DNA from: Candidatus Thorarchaeota archaeon
GTDB lineage: Archaea; Asgardarchaeota; Thorarchaeia; Thorarchaeales; Thorarchaeaceae
Assembly: GCA_020348985.1 (NCBI GenBank)
Contig: CP070761.1
Coordinates: 1,567,465-1,631,464 of the forward strand
Reading direction: 5' to 3'
DNA: 64,000 bases
Shown: one piece after another, positions 57,231 through 64,000 of the stretch
How positions within the stretch are numbered: position 1 is the first letter of the stretch
Layout: each line of letters begins with the position of its first letter
The notes under the pieces: generated by a model
What the model saw: only the letters and a program-made list of their open reading frames with translations
What the model was told of the DNA's origin: nothing
The model's database searches: none
Program-made: the position numbers and the translations under genes

Positions 57231-57272
57231 CTTTATATACTATATAAAAGGCCCCTTTTATAGTATATAAAG
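57231..57272. promoter_or_regulatory. TATA-box-rich inverted repeat directly upstream of tbp
   Basis: CTTTATATACTATATAAAAGG-CC-CCTTTTATAGTATATAAAG: arms complementary except for a 2-nt bulge. Confidence 0.65.
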
Positions 57273-57288
57273 GGAGAGAGGACCATAT

Positions 57289-57873
57289 ATGCCGAAGCCG
57301 AAACCTAAGACAAAGATTGAGAACGTAGTTGCGTCGGTTATCCTTAACCAGCGCTTAGACCTCGATGAGATTGCGGCTACAATGCCAAACGTCGAATTCG
57401 ACCCTGAGCAGTTCCCCGGACTTGTCTACCGTCTGAAGAAACCCAAGACAGCGACACTGATTTTTAACAGCGGTAAGATGGTGTGCACTGGGGCCAAGAG
57501 CGAGAAGGAAGCCAAGCGTGCTGTCCACAAGATTGTGAAGAACATCAAAGAGGCGGGCATCGAGATTACTGGCCGTCCTATCATTGTTGTTCAGAACATA
57601 GTTGCTAGCGCAAGCCTCGGGGCAGAGCTCAACCTCGAGTTGGCCGCAATGAAGCTCGAGAACACACTCTACGAGCCAGAGCAGTTCCCCGGTCTGATCT
57701 ACAGAATGAGAGACCCCAAGGTCGTCATTCTCCTGTTCGGTTCTGGTAAGCTTGTCATCACAGGAGCCAAGTTTGAGCCGCAGATTGACGAGGCCGCACT
57801 CAAAGTCATGGACCGTCTTCTAGAACTCGGAGTCATGAGAATTCCAGAGGGCGAAGACTGGTCAGATGACTAA
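57289..57873 (+). CDS. tbp: TATA-box-binding protein
   Basis: Two repeats IENVVAS...FDPEQFPGLVYR...LIFNSGKMVCTGAK and VQNIVAS...YEPEQFPGLIYR...LLFGSGKLVITGAK; acidic tail. Confidence 0.98.
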   Translation: MPKPKPKTKIENVVASVILNQRLDLDEIAATMPNVEFDPEQFPGLVYRLKKPKTATLIFNSGKMVCTGAKSEKEAKRAVHKIVKNIKEAGIEITGRPIIVVQNIVASASLGAELNLELAAMKLENTLYEPEQFPGLIYRMRDPKVVILLFGSGKLVITGAKFEPQIDEAALKVMDRLLELGVMRIPEGEDWSDD

Positions 57874-57895
57874 AAGAACAAGATACTTCCTTTGC

Positions 57896-57928
57896 TGATC
57901 CGGAGACTAGTGAGCGGTCTCTGGATCA
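57896..57928 (+). terminator. 3' stem-loop downstream of tbp (terminator or stability element)
   Basis: TGATCCGGAGACT-AGTGAGC-GGTCTCTGGATCA, 13-bp stem with two G-U pairs, followed by a pyrimidine-rich tract. Confidence 0.45.
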
Positions 57929-58078
57929 TTCGCCTTTCGTTCCATCTCACAACAGACTACGTTTTGGCTGTTACTCAACACCTTCACTTTGAGTATGAAC
58001 ATTGTCCAAGAAGACTTAAGGGATAGATTGACACTGGCCTGTTCAATTTGGTGATTTCAGAAAGGGAGGGTTTCGTTA

Positions 58079-59842
58079 ATGAACAGAAGAGCGGCCCTAC
58101 TTCTCATGACGTTGTTTCTGTACTCTTCACTCTTCAGCGTTCCGTTTACAATGGTTGATGCCCAGGCTCCATCTTGTGAATTCGTAATGGCCTTGCCCGA
58201 TGATTTGATGGGTTTGAATCCCAATTTCGAATTCAATTTCCTCCAATACACGTACTATACTCTGGTATATGATACCCTCATTTCATATGATGACGATCTC
58301 GAGCCAATTCCTTGGTTAGCAGAATCATGGGCGGTAAGTGAAGATAGTCTACAGATTAACTTCACAATCAGAGAAGGAGCAAAGTGGCACGATGGATTTG
58401 ACGTTACTCCAGCAGACGTTAAGTTCACTTTCGAGTATCTCCAGAATTCACCTGAGCTTAGATGGGCGAATGTTCATCACATTTCAGACATCGCAATAGA
58501 TGGACAAACTGTCGTGATCAATCTCATCCAACCAGATTTTATGGCATTCATGCTTTTAGGCATGTTACTAATCGTACCTGAGCATATTCGTAGCGGGATA
58601 GCTCCCGACGACCTCAGGTGGAGTGATCCAAGCAACCTTACGCTTCATACTGGCTCGGGTCCTTTCAAGTTCAAGAAGCGAGTTCCTGGCGAGTACGTAG
58701 AGTTAGAGCGATTTGATGAATGGTGGGGTCCCAGGAATCCAAGTGTTGGTCAGCTTCCAAACATCGATACGTTCCGGTTGGATGTAATTACTGACCCATC
58801 AATTCGTATTCTTTCAATGAGAAACGGAGATGTCGATACGGAAAGATACGCGCTTTCTGGCTCTCTAGCCATTGCCGTCTTGGATGCTCCTGAACTGGAT
58901 CTAATAACGGGTGTCGCTTCTATATGGAATTATGAACTGGGGTTCAATGTAGATGCACATGGTTTGGATGATGTTGTTCTGAGGCGAGCTATTGCACATG
59001 CCCTCAACAGAGACCAGCTTGTAGACTTCGGCACACTTGGCTTTGGGACTCCCACAAACAGTGTGATTCCCTACGAATTCTATTCTTCATATTACCATCC
59101 AGACGGGGCATTCTATGAATATGATGTCGAAAAGGCCAATGAGATTCTGGATGGAGCGAACTACACTGACAAAGATGGAGATGGGATTCGTGAGTACCCA
59201 GGTCTAGAAAACGACACTAATCTTGCATTTGAGCTACGGGCCATATCATGGGATGAACAAGGTGTGCAAACCGGTAATGGTATCAAGATGCAGCTGAAAG
59301 AGATTGGCATTCAAATCGAAGTAGTGCCGATGGATCCACAAGTGTTCTGGCCTGGAATACTCACTATTCCACGTGAGTATGAAATGAAATGTGAATCCTG
59401 GGTATTCTTTCCTATGCCTGTACAAGCGAGGATGCGTATGCACTCCGAGAATATTGGGGACTGGAACTCGAACCATAATGGAATTAGTAATGCCACACTG
59501 GATGCTGCCCTTGATGATCTTGCTGCCGCAACGCCATCGACTGTATATGAACGCATAAGACTCGTTCAGCTTTATGCGAAGGAGAACATTCCATACATCC
59601 CACTCTATCAGCAGGATGACATACATCCTATCAGGAAGGAATGGACGAATTACTCCAGGGCAGTTGGAGGACCATTCTGTCCGCTAAACGTGCGTTCTAT
59701 TATCTTCATGTACGATTCAAGCCTCTCCAATGGGACGACCCAAGTCCAAGGATTCGACATCTTGATTATCGGAGGAACTAGCGTAGGAGCTTTGATGGCT
59801 GGTGTTACTCTGACGTACCTCTACATGAAGAAACGCAAATAG
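58079..59842 (+). CDS. ABC peptide/nickel-type substrate-binding protein (family 5, OppA/DppA-like) with C-terminal TM anchor
   Basis: VYDTL...PWLAESW...IREGAKWHDG..VTPADVKFTF; GSGPFK; LRRAIAHALNR. Confidence 0.9.
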   Translation: MNRRAALLLMTLFLYSSLFSVPFTMVDAQAPSCEFVMALPDDLMGLNPNFEFNFLQYTYYTLVYDTLISYDDDLEPIPWLAESWAVSEDSLQINFTIREGAKWHDGFDVTPADVKFTFEYLQNSPELRWANVHHISDIAIDGQTVVINLIQPDFMAFMLLGMLLIVPEHIRSGIAPDDLRWSDPSNLTLHTGSGPFKFKKRVPGEYVELERFDEWWGPRNPSVGQLPNIDTFRLDVITDPSIRILSMRNGDVDTERYALSGSLAIAVLDAPELDLITGVASIWNYELGFNVDAHGLDDVVLRRAIAHALNRDQLVDFGTLGFGTPTNSVIPYEFYSSYYHPDGAFYEYDVEKANEILDGANYTDKDGDGIREYPGLENDTNLAFELRAISWDEQGVQTGNGIKMQLKEIGIQIEVVPMDPQVFWPGILTIPREYEMKCESWVFFPMPVQARMRMHSENIGDWNSNHNGISNATLDAALDDLAAATPSTVYERIRLVQLYAKENIPYIPLYQQDDIHPIRKEWTNYSRAVGGPFCPLNVRSIIFMYDSSLSNGTTQVQGFDILIIGGTSVGALMAGVTLTYLYMKKRK

Positions 59843-59911
59843 GCATTGAGCAGGGGCGCCTCAAGAGGGTGAGGAATGGTACGACACCGACAAAGATAAG
59901 CAAGGCTGCCA

Positions 59912-60928
59912 GTGGCTATCGCAGATGATTCTCAACGAACAGATGAGATGGTATTCATGGAAACACCTAGCGAAAGAGTATGGAGGATAGAGATTCCTAC
60001 CCCATTCGCAGTTGGTTCTGTGAACTGCTATCTTATTGAAGGTGATCCAGTCACCTTGATTGACACTGGTCCAAAGACTCCGGATGCTATCACGACGTTG
60101 ACTGATGCGTTGAGTACGCGGGATCTGGGTGTCTCAGATGTTGACCAAGTTCTTGTGACTCATGGACATGTAGACCACATTGGGCTCGCCGCCTACATTG
60201 TGAGAGATAGACCCGAAGCGGCTGTTTGGATACATGAAGAGGACGCGCTGGCATTGGTCGACTACGATGAATTTACGAGAGATCGTGCACAGGCCTTTGT
60301 CAGTGTTGTATCCGGGAGTGGTGTTCCAAGCGAAATAGAGTCACAGGTATCCGGAGAGACAATCATGCGATACTTCAGGTCGTTTGGCGAATCAGTCCCC
60401 ACTACTCGAACCTTCAAGGATGGCCATGTCTTTGAGACTGGGATTGGTGAGTTACGAGCCTTGTGGACTCCAGGCCATTCCTTTGGTTCAACGTGCTATG
60501 TCAGCAAAAGCAAACAGGTGTTGTTCAGTGGAGACCACGTTCTTGGAGATATAAGCTCGAATCCGTCCCTCTCTTTTGGCACCTCTATCGGGAACGGGAT
60601 GTTGACGTACCTCAGCTCTCTAGACAAGGTCTCCGAGTGGGGTAGCTACATTGCTCTACCCGGCCACCGAGAGCTAATCAGAGATCTCAAGTCAAGAATC
60701 GATGAGCTTAGGGCAGAGTATGATGACAAGCTCAGGACAACACAAGGACTTCTGTCTTCTGATGCCGTTTCACCGTACGAGGTCTCTCGGGCAGTATTTG
60801 GCGACTATGAGATAGACTCTCTTGTCATGGCTCTTGCGGAGAGTAGAGATCTCTTGGACATCCTTGTGAAGAGAGGGCATGCCAAGTTGAGTCAAGAAGA
60901 AGGCACTCTTCTTGCGACCCGTGCATGA
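59912..60928 (+). CDS. Metallo-beta-lactamase fold hydrolase
   Basis: LIDTG, THGHVDHIG, TPGHS, FSGDH, PGH; true start may be 59948-59957. Confidence 0.9.
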   Translation: MAIADDSQRTDEMVFMETPSERVWRIEIPTPFAVGSVNCYLIEGDPVTLIDTGPKTPDAITTLTDALSTRDLGVSDVDQVLVTHGHVDHIGLAAYIVRDRPEAAVWIHEEDALALVDYDEFTRDRAQAFVSVVSGSGVPSEIESQVSGETIMRYFRSFGESVPTTRTFKDGHVFETGIGELRALWTPGHSFGSTCYVSKSKQVLFSGDHVLGDISSNPSLSFGTSIGNGMLTYLSSLDKVSEWGSYIALPGHRELIRDLKSRIDELRAEYDDKLRTTQGLLSSDAVSPYEVSRAVFGDYEIDSLVMALAESRDLLDILVKRGHAKLSQEEGTLLATRA

Positions 60929-60995
60929 ACTGCCGCCAGGTTTACACTTGCGTTGTTAGATTTGGATATTAGGTAACCGTTAACGACTTCTTGGC

Positions 60996-61991
60996 GTGAT
61001 GAGCGGTCTTGGCAGGTTTAGGGAATATCTAGTGGAAAAGGACTTGAATCAAGAACAGATTGACAAGTCTATAGATGTAGCTTGTGGATTCGATGAATAC
61101 TTGTCCAAGTCTGGCAAAAAGCTAGAGAACGCTTCGTACGAAGATCTCTATTGCTTCTCTGATATTCTCATCAAGAACGGAACGAACACAGTCGATAGAT
61201 ATGTGGCTCTTTTTAGACTGGGCAATTTCCTCAAGAACAATGAGCTGATAATCGCCTCACTAGAGGTAATCGATGGTAGTGAGATGATTGAGAACTTCTA
61301 CAATAGGTTGGGCGTCGAGTTCGGGCAACATGTAAGAGACGAGGTATTCGATGGAATCGGAATCCCCCCTCTCGGAATACGTCCCGAAGCTAAGCCGGAA
61401 TTCACAAAGAAGCTTGTGGAGAGATTCCTAGCCAAGTTTGACAACGACACCTGCAAGGCATTCTTTGAAGCTGGGCTGAGGGACAAGTATACTGCTTCCT
61501 ACGTAGGGCCGAAGCAGATGTACGAAGAACTAGATGACATTGACAAGTTCCTGATATCAAAGCATCAGAAACTTGTGAGCACCTTGAAGAAGCACAGTCA
61601 AGAGAAGACCCTATTCTTTACTCAGGAGGTAGACGATGACGTGGTCTCATATGTCGGAGACCGTGTCACAATCGAGGGTGGAATACGTGAGGGTAACAGA
61701 GTGACCATAACTAAGATTCCATACATGACAAGACAGTTTTTGGATGCAAACAACGAGAAGAAGAAACGTCACTTCTTCTGTCATAACCCCTGGATTCGTT
61801 ATGCTTTGAGAGAAGAAGACCAGCCTGTTGACCCTGTGTTTTGCGGCTGCAGCGCGGGATACTTCAAGAATTTCTGGGAGGCGATTTTTGAACAGCCGGT
61901 CAGAGTTGAGGTTATCAAATCAGTGATCAAGGGTGACGAGATTTGTGAGTTCGTGCTGCACTTGCCTCCCGGGATTGTGGATGAGGAATAG
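60996..61991 (+). CDS. Hypothetical protein with C-terminal V4R-like Cys motif (DUF6144-like)
   Basis: FFCHNPW...FCGCSAGY...VEVIKSVIKGDEICEF. Confidence 0.6.
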   Translation: MMSGLGRFREYLVEKDLNQEQIDKSIDVACGFDEYLSKSGKKLENASYEDLYCFSDILIKNGTNTVDRYVALFRLGNFLKNNELIIASLEVIDGSEMIENFYNRLGVEFGQHVRDEVFDGIGIPPLGIRPEAKPEFTKKLVERFLAKFDNDTCKAFFEAGLRDKYTASYVGPKQMYEELDDIDKFLISKHQKLVSTLKKHSQEKTLFFTQEVDDDVVSYVGDRVTIEGGIREGNRVTITKIPYMTRQFLDANNEKKKRHFFCHNPWIRYALREEDQPVDPVFCGCSAGYFKNFWEAIFEQPVRVEVIKSVIKGDEICEFVLHLPPGIVDEE

Positions 61992-62085
61992 TCCGAGCGA
62001 CCAAGCCTCTAGGCCAATTTGCCAGACATCTCTCGAAAGAGTATTATCTCGCTAGTATTTCCCGTGAGCACGGGGATCCTAATCG

Positions 62086-63549
62086 ATGGAGGATTTTGTG
62101 GAGAAAGCGCTTGATGTTTGCAGAACTGAAGGTGCAACTTACGCAGATATTCGAATTGTGACCTTGAAGGACGAGAACCTCACGATAAAGAGGGGCAATC
62201 TTGAGAGAATGGAGATTCGTACTGAGGTTGGTTTCGGAATCAGATGTATCTCCGACGGGGGCTGGGGATTCGCCGGGTCCTATGATTTGCATGTAGAAGA
62301 GATAAGTCGAGTTGCTAGGCTAGCGACCCGGATTGCCCGGGCTTCAGGGGCCGCACGCAAGAAACCTCTTGAGATGGTTCCTGTAGAAGCTGTAAGAGAC
62401 CACTATGAGACTCCTATGAAGAAGAACCCATTCGATGTCCCTACTGAGGAGAAGCTCTCTCTTCTCATTGATGTAGATAAGCAACTCTCAGAGCATTCTC
62501 CGGAAATCATTAAGATCACCTCTGCGAACTTCAGAGGTCACAGTGAGGACAAGATTTTCGGGAGTTCTGAAGGTGCTTACATCACTCAAAGAATACTCTT
62601 CTCCGGAGGCGGATTCTCTTGTACGGCAGTCAAACCGGGAACAACTCCCCAACGAAGATCATATCCTGGTTCATTTGGAGGAGACTTCTCGACCACAGGA
62701 TATGAGTACTTTGAGTCACTAGACTTACTTGGGAATGTGTCGGGCGTTGCCGAAGAGGCAATCGCTCTGACGGATGCGAAACATTGCCCCGCGGAGAAGA
62801 CAACACTGCTTCTGGACGGCCATCAGCTAATGCTCCAGATTCATGAGAGCACAGGTCATCCCACGGAGCTCGACCGCGTCCTGGGAACAGAAGCAGCCTG
62901 TGCAGGGACTAGCTTCATGACACCTGAAAAGCTTGGCGTCCTGATGTATGGGAGCGAGCATGTCACACTGACCAGTGATTCCACACTCAAAGGCGGACTG
63001 GGCACATTCGGCTATGATGATGAAGGCGTGAAGGCAAAGAGAGTAGAACTCGTCAAAGATGGCCTCTTCGTGAATTACCAGAGCTCAAGGGAGACAGCAG
63101 CCCTAATTGGATTGAAGGAAAGCTCAGGAGGCATGCGTGCAGACAGTCCGCAGAAGCTCCCATTGATACGGATGGTCAATATCAACTTGGAGCCTTCAGG
63201 ATGGAAAAGAGACGAAATCATCGAGGACACAAAGAAAGGAATATTGATGTCCATCAACAAAAGCTGGAGCATCGACGATAAACGGCTCAACTTCCAGTTT
63301 GGCACGGAGATTGCTTGGGAAATAGTGGATGGCGAAATCGGCCGCATTTTGAAGAACCCAACTTACACTGGAATCACACCAGAGTTCTGGGGTGGGATGG
63401 ACGCATCCTCAGAGGATGATTGGCGACTCTGGGGAACTCCAAATTGCGGGAAGGGTCAGCCAGGACAAGTCATGTACGTTGGACACGGATGCGGGACAGC
63501 GAGATTCAACGATGTTCGTATAGGTGTCATGCAACAGGAGGGGAAGTAA
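62086..63549 (+). CDS. tldD: TldD metalloprotease
   Basis: YADIR, GWGFA, IHESTGHPTELDR, YDDEG, RMVN, NCGKGQPGQ. Confidence 0.93.
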   Translation: MEDFVEKALDVCRTEGATYADIRIVTLKDENLTIKRGNLERMEIRTEVGFGIRCISDGGWGFAGSYDLHVEEISRVARLATRIARASGAARKKPLEMVPVEAVRDHYETPMKKNPFDVPTEEKLSLLIDVDKQLSEHSPEIIKITSANFRGHSEDKIFGSSEGAYITQRILFSGGGFSCTAVKPGTTPQRRSYPGSFGGDFSTTGYEYFESLDLLGNVSGVAEEAIALTDAKHCPAEKTTLLLDGHQLMLQIHESTGHPTELDRVLGTEAACAGTSFMTPEKLGVLMYGSEHVTLTSDSTLKGGLGTFGYDDEGVKAKRVELVKDGLFVNYQSSRETAALIGLKESSGGMRADSPQKLPLIRMVNINLEPSGWKRDEIIEDTKKGILMSINKSWSIDDKRLNFQFGTEIAWEIVDGEIGRILKNPTYTGITPEFWGGMDASSEDDWRLWGTPNCGKGQPGQVMYVGHGCGTARFNDVRIGVMQQEGK

Positions 63550-63550
63550 G

Positions 63551-64000
63551 TTGGAGTTTCACAAGCAACTCATCTTCGGCAAGATTAACAGAATCCTGAA
63601 AGAAGCTCAAGGACTTGGAGCGACCCAAGCACAAGCATCAATTACATTGGAGAACCTATCACTGACTCGCCTTGCGAACAGCATCATTGACCAGAATGTT
63701 TCCGAGAAACACGCTACAGTGAGTGTCACACTATACTACGGGAAGAAGAGCGGCACAGTGAGTTCTGAGGTCTTTGATGATGAAGGGATCAGACGTCTTG
63801 TGAAGACAGCCGAGAAGATTGCCCAAGTCTCTCCTGAAAACAAGGATTTCAAGTCGCTTCCAGAACCTAAGCCGATTCCTGAACTACCATTTGACAAGAT
63901 GGTTTCAAAGACAACACTCGATGCAGATCCTGAGAAAAGGGCAGAGCTAGCGACACTAGCAGTCAATACAGCACACTCTGTTGACAAGCGAGTGGATGCG
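63551..64000 (+). CDS. TldE/PmbA family protein, 3'-truncated by window edge
   Basis: Manual translation from TTG 63551: LEFHKQLIFGKINRILKEAQGLGATQAQASITLENLSLTRLANSIIDQNVSE...; follows tldD; open to window end. Confidence 0.8.
   Translation, partial: MEFHKQLIFGKINRILKEAQGLGATQAQASITLENLSLTRLANSIIDQNVSEKHATVSVTLYYGKKSGTVSSEVFDDEGIRRLVKTAEKIAQVSPENKDFKSLPEPKPIPELPFDKMVSKTTLDADPEKRAELATLAVNTAHSVDKRVDA

Noticed and set aside
30401-64000. Radical SAM + small peptide + TldD/E + C45 peptidase as one RiPP cluster
   Set aside because: The genes are spread over more than 30 kb with unrelated genes between them, and TldD/E are common housekeeping proteases in archaea.

Overview
A gene-dense 64-kb archaeal chromosomal segment. 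The gene content (archaeal TBP and AsnRS, geranylgeranyl reductase, a Ras/Rab-like GTPase, GGTGA/GGAG Shine-Dalgarno sites, many C-terminally anchored surface proteins) suggests an Asgard archaeon, most plausibly Thorarchaeia; this assignment is inference. Main blocks: (1) 1-7.3 kb: a complete corrinoid methyl-transfer module (pyrrolysine-free MtmB homolog, corrinoid protein, MtrH/MtgA-like methyltransferase, RACo-type activator) next to a tungsten AOR. A ribbon-helix-helix regulator gene lies at its edge, and TGAACA boxes recur in two of its intergenic regions. (2) 7.5-29.3 kb: housekeeping and membrane genes, a degenerate Ras-like pseudo-GTPase, a MacB/FtsX-type ABC system with an ATPase-AbrB fusion, asnS and an Ig-repeat surface protein. 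(3) 29.3-52 kb: an accessory region with gene remnants, a radical SAM enzyme, SufS, a translationally coupled cohesin-anchor / dockerin-cargo gene pair, and two tandem ~2,170-aa paralogous surface proteins. These carry Ca-binding repeats, a fascin-like insert, a hydrophobic helical region, an NHL propeller and a GPS-like HLSLF motif just before the membrane anchor. (4) 52-64 kb: peptidases, an MFS transporter, tbp behind a TATA-box palindrome, a peptide-binding protein and tldD/tldE. No rRNA, convincing tRNA, CRISPR array or transposase was seen. All family calls come from motif recognition by eye, not database searches.
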